64,000 nt of DNA from NCBI GenBank assembly GCA_963845755.1, contig CAWJTV010000019.1:32001-96000 (forward strand). The letters are read 5' to 3'. The notes beneath the pieces are model-generated. The model worked only from the letters and a program-made list of their open reading frames with translations. It was not told the origin of the DNA and searched no databases. Below are positions 42,935-55,671 of this stretch, piece by piece; positions within the stretch are counted from its first letter, which is position 1, and each line of letters begins with the position of its first letter. The stretch is from an uncultured Planctomycetota bacterium. Lineage in GTDB: Bacteria > Planctomycetota > Planctomycetia > Isosphaerales > Isosphaeraceae. The translations under genes were made by a program, and so were the position numbers.

Positions 42935-44153
42935 TCAGTGAACGATCGTAAATCCGCCGTCGGGCCGGGCGACGACGGTCGCCAGGCCCCAGACGGGCAC
43001 TCCGTTCGCGACCCGGCCCTCCGTCCCGATCGGGCGGCCGGCTCGATCGAAGACCTGCCAGACCAAGGAGCCCCCCTTCTGCCAGCCGGTGCCCTCGGTC
43101 CAGACCAGGATCATCTCACCCCGGGCATTGCCGGCCACGGTCGGATGCTTGCGATCCCCGCGACCACCCGCCGGGGCGATTGGCGACGTCGTTTCGTGCG
43201 ATGTCGGATCGACCCGGCAGAAGTAGACCTGTCCCTGGGTCTCCCAGGCCGCCAGGATGCCCGAGCCCGTCTCGGCGAGCGAGGCGCTGCTCATCGGGCA
43301 CGCGTTCACCTTCCAGGGGTGGACCGAGGCGCCCCGAAAATGGCCACCGTGGTCGTCTGAGGTCAACAGGTAGATGTCCCGCTCGACGTTCCGTGTGGCG
43401 GCTCGGTACAGGACATAGACCGTTCCGCGATGGTCGGCCAACGCGCGCGTGCCGCAGCAACCGCAGGCACCCGTCTCTTGTTCAAGGGCGGGTTGCTCGG
43501 CAGCAAAGGTCGCTCCATCGTCCTTCGAAACGCGCGACCCACATGCGCCGCCCCGACTCACCCGGGACCGAGTCTTCCGTCCGTGCATGCCAGGCCACAT
43601 GGACGTTCCCCTCGCGATCGGCGGCGATCGTCCCGCCTCCGTCGAGGGCGGACGTCCGTTGCATCAGGTTGCGCTGCGGCTCGAAGGCCAGGCCCTGACC
43701 TTGAGTCTCCTGACCCCGCTCCTCGCGAGATCGTGCAAAAAGCATCGGCGAGCCGCCGGGCGGGCTCTTGGGAAGTGCGCGATTCGAACCGTTCCAGGCG
43801 ACGTGGATCCGTCCGACGCGTCCCAGGGCGATCTGACCGCCGCGGATCGTCCCGATCGCGATCGCCGAGCCGGGCTGGCTGTTGACCGGGACCGGCGCGG
43901 CGAAGCGATCCGCGCCCGGCTCGCGGCTGGTATAGAAGAGGTCGCCGCCGGCCGGATCTCCCTTGTAGAAGAGCAGGTGGATCACGCCTCGATCGTCGAT
44001 CACGGCCTGGGGCTGGATGCCCCCGTCGGGCGTCTCGAGCACCGTCACACGACCGGGGCCGCGCGCTTCATCGGCCCCAACGGGGCACCCCAGCAAGGCG
44101 CCGAATGTTGTGAGCATCAGGAAGCCGAACCGGGATCGGATTGATCGCATCAT
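42935..44153 (-). CDS. Exported BNR/sialidase-like beta-propeller protein (frameshift near 43530)
   Basis: Signal peptide, Asp-boxes SKDDGATF and SDDHGGHF, CGCC and CPMS motifs. Confidence 0.78.
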
Positions 44154-44181
44154 ACTATTTCCTTTTGATATTTATGATATT

Positions 44182-45667
44182 TTAAATCGTTCCGTGCCCT
44201 GGTCGAGCGACAAGCTCCTTGACCACCCGACCGTGGACATCGGTCAGGCGGAAGTCGCGGCCGGCGTATCGATACGTCAGTTTCTCATGGTCGAAGCCCA
44301 GCAGGTGGAGGATCGTCGCGTGCAGGTCGTGGACGTGGACCTTGTCGGCGACGGCTGCGAATCCGAGCTCGTCGGTGGCGCCGTGGACATATCCGCCGCG
44401 CAGCGCCGCCGCCGGCCATCCACATCGAGAACCCATAGTGGTTGTGATCGCGGCCCGAGAGCGCCGGCAGCTCGGCGACGGGCGTCCGGCCGAACTCGCC
44501 GCCCCAGATCACCAGCACCTGATCGAACAGCCCGCGCTGTTTCAGATCGGCCAGGAACGCGGCAATGGCCCGGTCCCACTCGGCGGCGAGCTGCCGGTGG
44601 TGGGCCGCGAGGTTCTCGTGATCGTCCCAGGGCTGGCTGGCGCCGCTCCAGACCTGGATGAACCGCACGCCGCGCTCGAGTAGCCGGCGGGTGATCAGGA
44701 GCTGTCGGGCCTGTGTGCCGGGGCCGTACAAGGCGCGGATCGACTCGGGCTCGCGATTGATATCGAAGGCGTCGGCCGCCTCGCCTTGCATGCGATAGGC
44801 CAGCTCAAACGATTGAATCCGCGCCTCGAGCGCCGGGTCGTGCGGCCGGATCGCCGCATGACGCTCGTTGAGCCCGCGCACCAGGTCGAGCTGCCTTCGC
44901 TGTTCGTCCAGGGGCATCGCGGTGTTGCGGATGTTCTCGATCAGCTTGTCAACGGTCGTGTGCTGGGTGTCGATGTACGTCCCCTGGTAGGCGCCGGGGA
45001 GGAACGCCGTGCGCCAGTTCTGGGTCGCGACGATCGGATAGCCGCCCGGGCACATCGCGATGAAGCCGGGGAGATTCTGGTTCTCCGAGCCCAGCCCGTA
45101 GGTGATCCAGGCCCCCATGCTGGGGCGCTGCAATCGGCCGTCGCCGCAGTTCATCAGCATCAGCGACGGCTCGTGGTTGGGCACGTCGGCGTACATCGAG
45201 CGGATGATGCACAGGTCGTCGATGTGCTGCTCGGCCGTGCGGGCGAACAGCTCGCTCACGGCGATGCCGCTCTCGCCGTACTCTCGGAACCGGAACGGAG
45301 AGCCCAGCGCCGCGCCGGTCTTGCGCTCGGTGCGGAGGTTGGGACCCGGCAGCGGCTTCCCGTGGTATTTCGCGAGCAATGGCTTGGGGTCGAACGTATC
45401 GACATGCGACGGGCCGCCGTTCATGAACAGGTGGACGACCTGCCTGGCCTTGCCGGGGAACTGGGGAGGCTTCGGCACCATCGGGCCGAGCGACCGAGAT
45501 GAGGCCGGCGATTCGGCGCGCACGGCAGGAACCAACCCCAGCGAACGGTCATCGGCCAGCACGCCCGCCAGGCCGATCAGCCCGAACCCCATGCCGCACC
45601 GACCGAGCAAATCGCGGCGGGTCAGGGCGGAGCGGGGATCGGTCTCGGGCAGAGAATCGTGCGGCAT
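44182..45667 (-). CDS. DUF1501 domain protein (frameshift near 44400)
   Basis: Tat-like [51 protein letters not shown]. Confidence 0.92.
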
Positions 45668-45690
45668 GGCGGATTTCCTTCAGCTTCCCA

Positions 45691-46476
45691 TCAAGTACGC
45701 AATCCTGCGGCACGGAGGCGCTCGTCGACCCAGGCGGCTTGCTCGGCCGAGAGAGGCCCACCGGGAGATTGAGTGTAGTCGATCTCCAGGTTGTAATCGC
45801 TGAGATCGTAGACTGTCGTCAGCGCGAGTTGTAGGTCCAGGAAGACGTCGGCGTCTCCTGGAAGGAGAGGTACGGGGATCGTCGGTAATGGCTGGTCGAG
45901 GAGGATCGGCCAAACGTCTGTCTCCGGCTGGATCTCGAAGCGACCGACGTAAACATAGTAGGGGGCCGGTGGGAGGGGCCACGTCCTGGGGATGCGTCGT
46001 CCCGAGCGGAGGAAATCGATCTCGATGAGATGGGATCGACTGTGCAGGATTCGGCGTCGTTTCGCTAGATACTCATCGCGCCCTTCTCCCCGCTTGTTCG
46101 TCGGTGATAAGATCTCGATCGACGTGACCAGCCGCCGCTCGAGTCGGTCACGTATCTCCACCGAGAAGTGGATAATCGATTCGGGTATCTCCGTGGGAAT
46201 GCGCACCGGGACCGTGGCGACACCAAGACCTCCGGCTCGATTCGGTTGTGATAAGGGCCTAGACTCGACGACGGCGATATCAGGAAACTCCGAGGGCTTT
46301 GTCGTCCCGGCAGCAACGGTAATCTCCGTGAAGAATCGCTCCGTAAATCGTGCCATATAGCGCGGCCGAAGCTTCGGGCCCAACTGTCGCGCGATCTCCG
46401 AGCAGAGCTGACCGTGGAGGTTCATCCAGGTCGATCTCTCGAGATACGGATCCATCCCCGGAAACGGTGATGGCAT
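45691..46476 (-). CDS. DUF4058 family protein (restriction-endonuclease-like fold)
   Basis: MPSPFPGMDPYLE, PDIAV, IEILSPTNK, IEIDFLR. Confidence 0.9.
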   Translation of the reverse strand: MPSPFPGMDPYLERSTWMNLHGQLCSEIARQLGPKLRPRYMARFTERFFTEITVAAGTTKPSEFPDIAVVESRPLSQPNRAGGLGVATVPVRIPTEIPESIIHFSVEIRDRLERRLVTSIEILSPTNKRGEGRDEYLAKRRRILHSRSHLIEIDFLRSGRRIPRTWPLPPAPYYVYVGRFEIQPETDVWPILLDQPLPTIPVPLLPGDADVFLDLQLALTTVYDLSDYNLEIDYTQSPGGPLSAEQAAWVDERLRAAGLRT

Positions 46477-46496
46477 GAGTCACGCTCCTTTGGGCT

Positions 46497-47636
46497 TCAG
46501 ACCCTCAAGAAGATCCGGTTCCGGTAGAGGTGGAGCAGGAATAGCCACTCGATCACGAGGGCGCCGATCGGCACGACGGCCGGCCCGAACGATCCCGAGC
46601 GACCGGCGACGCCGCCGAGGAGCCGATCCGCGATCACGTCGAAGGGGATGATCTCCTTGGCGATATAAATTGTGATCGCGTTGACGCCGATCACCACGAA
46701 GAAGAATGCCCAGGCGCGGAGGCCGATCGCGTCGATGATCGTGTAGAAGAGGGCCAGCAACAACAGGCTCCAGCCGCCCGCGACCAGGACATACGAGCTG
46801 GTCCAGAGGATCTTGATGATCGGGAACTGCTGGGCCCACAGCAGGCCCAAACCCAGGCAAGCCAGTCCTGCGAGCACCAGACCGAACGCCTTGATCCAGC
46901 GATTGCGGCCCACGAGCAGCCAGTGGCCGGCCAGCATGCCGAGAAGCGTGGTGGCCACCGCCGGGATCGTCGAGAGCAGCCCCTCGTTGTCGCCGAAGCC
47001 GTAGAAGGATTTATAGATCTTGCCGGGGAGATAATGCCGATCGAGGTAGCCGGCGAGGTTCGTCTGCATCGTGAGATCGCCGGCCTTCGAATCCGGCGAG
47101 GGCACGTACATCAAGATGGCCCAGTAGCCCAGCAGGATCGCGACGAACAGGATCGCCTGGGTGCGGACCCTCGTGAACAGGAAGATCAGCGCGGCGATCC
47201 CGTAACAGATGGCGATCCGCTGCAAGACCCCCGTGACCCGGAGATTCGCGAAGTCAAATCTCAACAGATTATTATAAATCAGGCCCAGCAGGAACAGCAG
47301 CACGACCCGCCGCGCCGTTCGGCCCAGGGCCGCACTCCTGGGATGATCGCCCGTCTGGTACTTCCGCAACGAGAACGGCAGGACCACCCCGACCAGGAAC
47401 AGGAACAGCGGGAAGATCAGGTCGTAGAACCGGAACCCCTCCCACTCGACGTGCTCGAACTGGTCGCCGAGCCGCAGGGCTTCCGGCGTGCCCCACCACT
47501 TGCACAACGCCCGCGCGACCTCGTCGCCGCCGACGATCCAGAACATGTCGAAGCCGCGCAGGGCGTCGATCGACGTCAGGCGCTCACGAGGCGCGACGTC
47601 GGGCTTTTCGGGGAGATCGTCGGAAACCGTGGTCAT
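46497..47636 (-). CDS. HGSNAT/NagX-like membrane acyltransferase
   Basis: RLTSIDALRG, H.EWEG, DLIFPLFLF, GVLQRIA, EGLLSTI, IKILWTSSY. Confidence 0.9.
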   Translation of the reverse strand: MTTVSDDLPEKPDVAPRERLTSIDALRGFDMFWIVGGDEVARALCKWWGTPEALRLGDQFEHVEWEGFRFYDLIFPLFLFLVGVVLPFSLRKYQTGDHPRSAALGRTARRVVLLFLLGLIYNNLLRFDFANLRVTGVLQRIAICYGIAALIFLFTRVRTQAILFVAILLGYWAILMYVPSPDSKAGDLTMQTNLAGYLDRHYLPGKIYKSFYGFGDNEGLLSTIPAVATTLLGMLAGHWLLVGRNRWIKAFGLVLAGLACLGLGLLWAQQFPIIKILWTSSYVLVAGGWSLLLLALFYTIIDAIGLRAWAFFFVVIGVNAITIYIAKEIIPFDVIADRLLGGVAGRSGSFGPAVVPIGALVIEWLFLLHLYRNRIFLRV

Positions 47637-47745
47637 GGGTCCTCCTGTTTTCGAGAGGGGCCGAATCGCGGGCGCGGATTTCGAGAGTTCCATCATAGAC
47701 GATCCGACCGGGCTTCCAAAGATTGGATACCCGAACGTCTCCTCT

Positions 47746-50680
47746 TCAATCCACGAACACGAACTCATTGGCCATCAGGAGCGCCTGGGCCAGCTCGCGC
47801 AGGGGTCCGAGCCGGCGGGGTGCGTTGCCGCCAGGAAGTCGCGCGCTAGCCTGACCTCGTCGGCGGTCGGGGCGCGGGCGTAGATCAGGCGATAGAGCGG
47901 ATCGAGCCTGGCGTCGGAATCACACGTTGCAACGACCTCGGGACGGGAGAGGATCGCTCGCGCGGCGTCGATCGCGAACGGGTGGTTCATGAGGAACAAC
48001 GCCTGGGGCGCGATGGTCGTCTGGTCGCGCCGGGGACTGGTTGCATTCGGGTCGGGGAAGTCGAACGTGCGATAGACGCCCGGCAGGTTGAGTCGGTCGA
48101 TGGAGCCATAGAGGGTCCGACGATGGGCGTCAGTGCCGGTCAGGCTGGGCATGGGCGGTCCGCCGATGCGGCCGTCGAGCCTTCCGGCGACGGCGAGTAT
48201 CGCGTCGCGGGTGGCCTCGAAGTCGAGCCGGCGGCGGTTCGTCCGCCAGTAGAGCGCGTTCTCGGGGTCGACCGCGCGGGCCTCGGGCCGATCGTCGCTC
48301 CGCTGCTGGTAGACGGATGAGAGCATGATCCGGCGATGGAGCTTCTTGATCGACCAGCCGTCGGCCATGAACCGCGCGGCCAGGTGGTCGAGCAGCTCGG
48401 GATGTGTGGGCGGGTCGCTGCGCAGGCCGAAGTCGCCCGGCGTGGCGACCAGGGGGGTGCCGAAGTGGTGCATCCAGACGCGGTTGACCAGCGCGCGAGC
48501 CGTCAGCGGGTTGTCCCTCGAGGCGATCGCCCGGGCGAGCTCGAGCCGGCCGCTGACGTCGCGGAACGGTTGTCGATCGGGACCGGACAGCACGGCGAGG
48601 AACCGTCGCGGCACGCGCTCGCCCAGGTTATTGGGATTACCGCGGATGAAGACCTGCGGCTCGACCGGCGTGGGTGAATCCTCCAGGGTCAGCGCTCGCG
48701 CCGGCGCGCCGGGCCCTTCGGTCAGCCATTTCTGCAGGGCGTTCCGCAGCTCCTGGAGCTTGGCCTGCGAGGGACGGTCGGGCAAGAGCGCGAGTTCGCC
48801 GAAGGGATCCATCGGGACTTCGGGTGGACTGTCCGGACCGTGGAACACCTGTCGTAGCGATTCGAGTGCCGACGCGGGGAGCGGGCCGGGCGATCGCCTC
48901 TCGAGCGATGCGCGACGGGCCGCGTCTTGCCAGAGCACCTCGACGTGGTTGAGCACCTCGCCATAGATCCGCGCAACCTCGGCCAACGACCGGGGCGATG
49001 CTTCGAGCAGGGCCCGCACGACGAGCGGATTGACCGGACGAGCGGCCGACGAGCGGCCGTCACCGGCCTCGGCCGCAAACCCGGCGATCAACGGGCCCGA
49101 TCGTATCGCGAACTCGGTCTTCGGCAGTGCCGACAGGGCGTGCCACGGCGCGAAGACCGGGTCGTGCCCTTTGCGGTTCCGCAACAGATAGACCTGCCAG
49201 CGCACCAGCATCGCCGGGTTCAGGTCGGTCCCGTCGGCGATCAGCATGAAGTCCTCGGTTGTGGGCTGGTCGAGTGCTTGCTGGGCGGCCAGGAGGTAAT
49301 CGCCGGCCCGCCGCTTCGCGGTCTTGACGAGCTCGCGATGCTTGGTCGTCACGAACTCGGCCAGCTTCTGCTGTCGCGTGCGAAGCTCCCGGACGAACGT
49401 CTCATGGACCGCGGTGTGCGGCGGGTCGGCGGCCTCCGGCGGGATCATCGGCTCCCGGGCACCGGCCATCACGCCGTAGAGGGCGTAATAGTCGCTTGTC
49501 GGGATCGGGTCGAACTTGTGATCATGACATCGTGCGCAAGTGACCGTCAGGCTCATGAGTCCGCGACAAACGACGTCGATCCGGTCATCGATCACGTCGT
49601 GGAAGTTGCCCATGAACCGTCCGCCCACGGTGAGATACCCCAGCGCGGCGAGAGGGGGCCGACTCGCCCTCGTCTCCATCGGCAGCCGGTCGGCCGCGAG
49701 CTGTTCCAGGATGAACCGATGGTAGGGCAGGTCGCGGTTGAAGGCGGAAACGACGTAGTCGCGATAGGTATAGGCCCAGTGGAAGTCGGCATCCTGGAAG
49801 AAGACATAGCCCTTGGTGTCGGCGTATCGGGCGACGTCGAGCCAGTAACGCCCCCAGCGTTCGCCGTATCGCGGCGAAGCCAGCAGGCGATCGATCAGCC
49901 GTCCGAAGGCATCGGGCGAATCGTCGGCCTCGAAGGCCGCGACCTCGCCGGGTGCCGGCGGCAGACCGGTCAGGTCGAAGGTGGCGCGTCGGATCAAGGT
50001 CCGCTTGTCGGCCCGCGGCGACGGTGCGAGCCCCCGGCTCTCGAGCCGGGCCAGGATGAACCGGTCGAACCGGATCCTCGGGCCAGGTGCCGTCGCGGAC
50101 CGCCGGAGTGGCCGGGACCTGGACCGGCCGGAACGCCCAGTGGCGCCGCCGAGACGGTTGCGACCGCCGTCGCGCCGTCGCGTCCCGCGTCCGGCGGCGA
50201 TGCCGTCCGAGAGATCTCCGGCCAGGGGGACCCGATCCGGACCCATGCCGTCAGGTCGTCGATCGCTGGCTGGGGCAGTCTGGTCTTGGGGGGCATCTTG
50301 ATCGTCGAGTTGTACCGGATCGCATCGATGAGCGGGCTCTCCTCGGGCCGGCCCGGCACCACCACAGGCCCGGCATCGGTCCCCGTCCGCACGCCCTCCG
50401 GCGAGTCGAGCCGCAGGCCCGATTCCTGCTTCCGAGGCCCGTGACACCGGTAACAATGCTCCGCCAGGACCGGACGAATCCGGGCCTCGAAGAACTCGGC
50501 GTGCCGGGCCGAGTCCGCGCGGGGCGGGACTCCACCCCGGGACCGATCCGCCTCGTCACCGGCGCCGGCCACCGATCCCCACACGATCGCGCAGGCCGCG
50601 AAAATCGGAAAGATCCTCGCAAGATACGCGACGTCCGACCATTGTTGAACTCTGATGTGCTCGTTCACATGATCGCCCAT
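47746..50680 (-). CDS. Planctomycete cytochrome c / DUF1549 / DUF1553 protein (frameshifts)
   Basis: CYRCH, TGLPP, WLDVARYAD, CARCHDHKFDP, NPLTAR..VNRVW, PTHPELLD. Confidence 0.92.
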
Positions 50681-50695
50681 TCGATGGTCTGGGAG

Positions 50696-52108
50696 TCAGG
50701 CCAGGACCTCCCGGACGACATTGCCGGACACGTCGGTCAGCCGGTAATCCCGGCCGGCGTGGCGATAGGTCAACCTGGTGTGATCGAGGCCCATCAGGTG
50801 CAGGATCGTGGCGTGGAAGTCGTGGACGTGGACCGGGTCCCTGGCCACGCGGACGCCATACTCGTCGGTCTCGCCGTGGACGACGCCGGGTTTCACGCCG
50901 GCTCCCGCGAGCCACGAGCTGAAGGCCCAGTTGTGATGTTCGCGTCCCTTGGCATCGGCGAGGTTGTTGAAGGGGGTGCGGCCGAACTCGGTCGTCCAGA
51001 CGACCAGCGTTTCCTCGAGCAATCCGCGCAATTTGAGGTCTTTCAGCAGGCCGGCGATGGGCCGGTCGACATTTTGGGCGAGTCGCGCGTGATCCATCAT
51101 ATCGCCGTGCGAGTCCCAGTTGCCCGAGGACCCGGTATCGATCAGCTCGACGAATCGCACGCCGCGCTCGATCAGGCGACGGGCGACCAGGCATTGCCAG
51201 GCGAAGCCCTGCGTGCCGCCGGGGGGAAGGCCGTACAGCGCGAGGGTCGCCGGAGATTCCCGGCTGAGATCGAACGCCTCCGGAACGGACATCTGCATCC
51301 CGAACGCCGTCTCGAACGATCGGATCCGGGCCGCCAGCAGCGGGTCGTCGGCACAATGGGCCAGGTGTCGCCGATTGAGCCGCGCCATCGCCGCGAGCTC
51401 GAGCTCCTGACGGTTCAGGTCGGTGCGCGGTGCGATGTTCGCCACCGGTTCCGGGCCGGGGACGACGAGCGTCCCCTGGTGCGCACCGGGCAGGAAATCA
51501 CTGGCATAAACCTGCGTTCCCGCGTAGGTCTGGGCCGGCGCGATGACCAGGAACGAGGGTAAGTCGCGGTTCTCCGTGCCCAACCCGTAGCTGACCCAGG
51601 CGCCCAGGCTCGGCCGCGCGAAGGCGAACGAGCCCGTGTGCATCCCCAGCGTCGCGTTGTAGTGGTTCGAGTGATCGGTGTGCATCGACCGGATCAGGGC
51701 GATGTCGTCAACGCAGCCGGCGACGTGGGGGAACAGCGTGCTGACCTCCGTCCCACTCTCGCCATGATGGCGGAACTCCCACTGCGGGTGCTTGAGAAAG
51801 ATTCGCTCGTACCCGGGCCGGTTGCGGATCTCGGGGTGGTCGAGCTTGATTTCCTTGCCCACGTCCGCGCACAGGCGCGGCTTGGGATCGAACGTGTCGA
51901 CGTGGGACACGCCACCGGTCATGAACAGGAAGATGACGTTCTTGGCCTTGGCCGGAAAGTGGGGCGCCTTGGGGGCCAGCGGGTCGCCGGGTCCGGCCTC
52001 GCCGGCGAGCAGTTGCTGGAGGATCCCGGGCATCAACAGCGAGCCGGCGACGAACGAACGCAACACCTCGCGACGAGGCAACCCGGAGCTCGAGCGTTCA
52101 GTCCACAT
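50696..52108 (-). CDS. DUF1501 domain protein
   Basis: [31 protein letters not shown]. Confidence 0.93.
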   Translation of the reverse strand: MWTERSSSGLPRREVLRSFVAGSLLMPGILQQLLAGEAGPGDPLAPKAPHFPAKAKNVIFLFMTGGVSHVDTFDPKPRLCADVGKEIKLDHPEIRNRPGYERIFLKHPQWEFRHHGESGTEVSTLFPHVAGCVDDIALIRSMHTDHSNHYNATLGMHTGSFAFARPSLGAWVSYGLGTENRDLPSFLVIAPAQTYAGTQVYASDFLPGAHQGTLVVPGPEPVANIAPRTDLNRQELELAAMARLNRRHLAHCADDPLLAARIRSFETAFGMQMSVPEAFDLSRESPATLALYGLPPGGTQGFAWQCLVARRLIERGVRFVELIDTGSSGNWDSHGDMMDHARLAQNVDRPIAGLLKDLKLRGLLEETLVVWTTEFGRTPFNNLADAKGREHHNWAFSSWLAGAGVKPGVVHGETDEYGVRVARDPVHVHDFHATILHLMGLDHTRLTYRHAGRDYRLTDVSGNVVREVLA

Positions 52109-54288
52109 GAAACACCTCGTTGCAGCCGAAGAGGACTCGTGCGTACGCTTCCCAGGCTTCGACGCCCCGCTGATCTTGCGGTCGATCGGCGACCATGGTC
52201 GCATACTCCTGGAGGAACGACCGCGCCTCGGTCCGCTCGTCCTCGGTCGGGTCGCGACCGAGCAAGACCTGGTAGGCGAAGTCCAGCCGTGCGCGCTCGC
52301 CGGGCGCGGATGCCCGGATGCGAGCGGCGAATCGGGCGGCTCGCGCATGGAGGAACGGATCGTTCATGAAGAAGAGGGCCTGGGTCGGGACCGTCGTGAC
52401 ATCCCGCCGCGGCGTGCTCTCGTTGGGGTCGGGACCGTCGAAGAGCGCGAAGAACCGGCTACGCCGATTCCGTTTCTGCATCAGGTAGATGCTCCGCTTG
52501 CGGGTCTCATATTCGGCGGCGAACGGATCGTGCTGCGTGAAGTGCCAGGTGGCTTCGGGCGGGAACGGATGCGCCGCGCCGGGGGTTGTCTCCAGCTCAC
52601 CACCGGCGGCGAGCAGGGTGTCGCGCAGCTCCTCGGCCGAGAGCCGTCGTCGGGCGAAGGAGTCGTACCAGGGCGAAGGCTCGGACGAGATCGACGCTTG
52701 CTGGTAGGTCGCACTGAGCAGGATCTCGCGGTGGAGGGCCTTGAGGCTCCATCCGGACTCGATGAACTGACTCGCCAGATCGTCGAGGAGTTCGGGGTGC
52801 GTCGGTCTGGCGCCTCGGGTGCCGAAGTCGTTGGGCGTCATGACCAGTCCGCGGCCGAAATGCCAGTGCCAGACGCGATTGACGATCACGCGGGCCGTGA
52901 GGGGGTTCGTGGGATCGGTCAACCACTGCGCCAGCTCCAGGCGGCCGCTGGTCCTGGTCGCCTGGACCTTCTGGCCGCCGAGCACGTCGGGGAACTTGCG
53001 GGGGACTTCCGGGCCGAGGTCGGCCGGCTCGCCCCGGCGTTGCAGGCGTGTGTTGTGCGGCACGCCTTCGGCCACCGCGTAGGCAACGGCCGGACGTGCC
53101 GCATTGGACGCGGAAGGCGGCAGCGGTACAAGGTCGCGCGGTTGCTGGTTCGGCTCGCAGCCGGGGAAGGCGAACCGCGTGCTTTCGAAGATGCCGTACA
53201 GGCCGTAATAGTCGCGTGCCGACAGCGGATCGTACTTGTGATCGTGACAGCGGCAACAGCCCAGTGTCAGGCCGAGGACCGATCGGCCGAGTGTGTCGAT
53301 CGTATCGGCGTAGGTCAGATGCATGTCCTTGTCGATATCGTGCCCGAACCGCCGGGCGATCGCCAGGTAGCCGGTGGCGATGATCCGGTCGTCCGCTTGT
53401 TCGGGTGGCCCATCCTTGGCGAGCAGGTCGCCGGCAACCTGGTCGCGGATGAACTGGTCGTACGGCTCGTCGTCGTTCAGCGACTGGATCACCCAGTTGC
53501 GATATCGCCAGGCATGCGGAAGCGGGTGATCGGTGTTTTCGCCGGCCGTGTCGGCGTAGCGCACCACATCCAGCCAGTGCCGGCCCCAGTGCTCGCCATA
53601 GTGCGGCGAGTCGAGCAGCCGCTGGACGACGGCCTCGAACGCGTCGGGGCGCGGTGTCGTTTTCGAACGCGGCGATGGCTTCGGGGGTCGGCGGTAGGCC
53701 GGTCAGATCGTAGGTGACGCGCCGGAGCAGTGTCCGCCGATCCGCCGGCATCGTCGGCTTGTGGTCGGCGGACTCCATCCGGGCGAGGATGAATCGGTCG
53801 AGACGCGTCTTGACCCAATCCGCGTCTTTCACGGAGGGCGGCGCCATCGCGCGGATCGGTTGGAAGGCCCAGTGGGGTTCGGACTGGAAGCGTGCGGATG
53901 GCTTCGGCCAGGGCGAGCCGGCCTTGACCCACGCGGTCAGGTCGGTTACCTCACGCGGGGAGAGTGCTTTGTCCGGCGGCATGGCCGAGACGTCCGGGTC
54001 CCTCCGAATCGCCTGGATCAGCAGGCTTTCGGCCGGTTCGTCAACATCGATCGCCGGTCCGCTATCCCCGCCCTCGATCAGGGACGCACGCGTGTCGATG
54101 CGCAGGCCGCCGCTGACTTTCTGCCCGCCGTGGCATCGGAAGCAGGTCCCCGCCAGGATGGGACGAACCCGGTTCTCGAAGTACGATTCCGAGCGAACGT
54201 CGTCCGCGTGCGCGGAGTTCCCAGGGGCTCCGACGACGAGGAGCCCGGCGAGCAGGGCACACACGGCTCGAACGTTCGCGCGCGACAA
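52098..54288 (-). CDS. Planctomycete cytochrome c / DUF1549 / DUF1553 protein (frameshift near 53650)
   Basis: CFRCH, HWAFQP, RYAD, CCRCHDHKYDP, NPLTARVIVNRVW. Confidence 0.92.
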
Positions 54289-54290
54289 GA

Positions 54291-55595
54291 CTAGACCTCC
54301 GAGAGCGGCTCGGTCGCGTCGCCGAAGCGGTCGAGGTGGACGTTCATCTTGTCCGTCATCGACAGGAAGAGACGGCACATCTGGCGGTTCGGATTGTTGC
54401 GATAGTCGAGGACTCGGCCTGCCTGAATTCGGCCTCCGCCACGTCCCAGCAGGATGACGGGCAACTGCGTCGCGTCGTGGCCGCCGTTCAACATGCTCGA
54501 GCAGAACAGCAGCATCGAATTGTCCAGCGCCGTGCGATCGCCTTCTTGAATCGCGTCCAGCCTGCGGGCGATGTAGGCCAGTTGCTCGACGAAGAACTGG
54601 TTCACCTTCAGCCAGTCGGCCGTGTCTGAGTGCGACAGCAGATGATGGATCATGTAATCCACGCCCAGGTGCGGGAACCGTAGCGACGAGTGGTCGTTGT
54701 TCAGTTTGAGCGTGGTGATCCGGGTGGTGTCCGTCTGGAAACCGAGTACAAGGATGTCGCACATCAGCCGCATGTGGTCGGCGATATTCTGCGGAGTGCC
54801 TTCGGGCGGGCGCGGGATGTTCGGCTTGTCGAGCGTGGGTCGCCATCCCTGCAGATGGCCGTCCTTACCGGCATTGGCGATGCGCTGCTCGACGTCGCGG
54901 ACGGAGTCGAGATACTCGTCGAGCTTGCGCTGGTCGCTCGTGCTGATCTGCCTGCGGAGGGCGCTGGCCTCGTTCAAGACGGAATCGAGCACGCTCTCAT
55001 CGCCATGCTGGACCTCGTCCTTGAAGAGCCGATCGAAGGCAAGTGCGGGGTAGAGCTCCAGCGGCGTCGGGGTGGTCGGCGAGCTCCAGGAGATGTGCGA
55101 GCTGTAGAGCATCGAATAGTTCTTGTGGACCGACGGGTTCGACTTCTCGCAGGCCAGCACCAGGCTGGGCACCTTGGTCGACCGGCCGTATTTCTGAGCC
55201 AGCAGTTGATCGACGCTCGTGCCGGAACGGATGTCGCCACCGGAGGCCAGCGGCGCGCCGGAGAGGAGGTTGCCGGTCTGCGAGCTGTGAATGTTGCCCT
55301 TGAGCGCCTCGGCATTGTAGAGGCCGCGGATGAAGAGCAACTTCTCGCGGAAGTCGGTCAGCGGTGCCAGCACCTTGCCGAGCTCCATCCCCTTGCCGGC
55401 TCCCTTGGCCCACCACTCCTTGCTGTGAAACCCGTTGCCGGCAAAGAGCACGGCCAGCCGGACGGGGGCCTCGCTGGCCTTGCGGGTACCCCGGGCTTCG
55501 TCGCCCCACACGTTGAGTGACTCGAGCCAGGGCAGGGCCATGCTCACGCCAAGCCCACGGAGCATCGTTCGGCGGGTGAATCGGTGGGTCGTCAT
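54291..55595 (-). CDS. DUF1552 domain protein
   Basis: TRRTMLRG..MALPWLES, SVDQ, ISW, AFDRLF, DxTR, HHLLSH. Confidence 0.92.
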   Translation of the reverse strand: MTTHRFTRRTMLRGLGVSMALPWLESLNVWGDEARGTRKASEAPVRLAVLFAGNGFHSKEWWAKGAGKGMELGKVLAPLTDFREKLLFIRGLYNAEALKGNIHSSQTGNLLSGAPLASGGDIRSGTSVDQLLAQKYGRSTKVPSLVLACEKSNPSVHKNYSMLYSSHISWSSPTTPTPLELYPALAFDRLFKDEVQHGDESVLDSVLNEASALRRQISTSDQRKLDEYLDSVRDVEQRIANAGKDGHLQGWRPTLDKPNIPRPPEGTPQNIADHMRLMCDILVLGFQTDTTRITTLKLNNDHSSLRFPHLGVDYMIHHLLSHSDTADWLKVNQFFVEQLAYIARRLDAIQEGDRTALDNSMLLFCSSMLNGGHDATQLPVILLGRGGGRIQAGRVLDYRNNPNRQMCRLFLSMTDKMNVHLDRFGDATEPLSEV

Positions 55596-55671
55596 CGTGG
55601 TCTCCTGTCACAGTAGGGTGCTCTGCGAGCACCGATCGGATTGCACGGAGATTTGGTGCTCGCAGAGCGCC

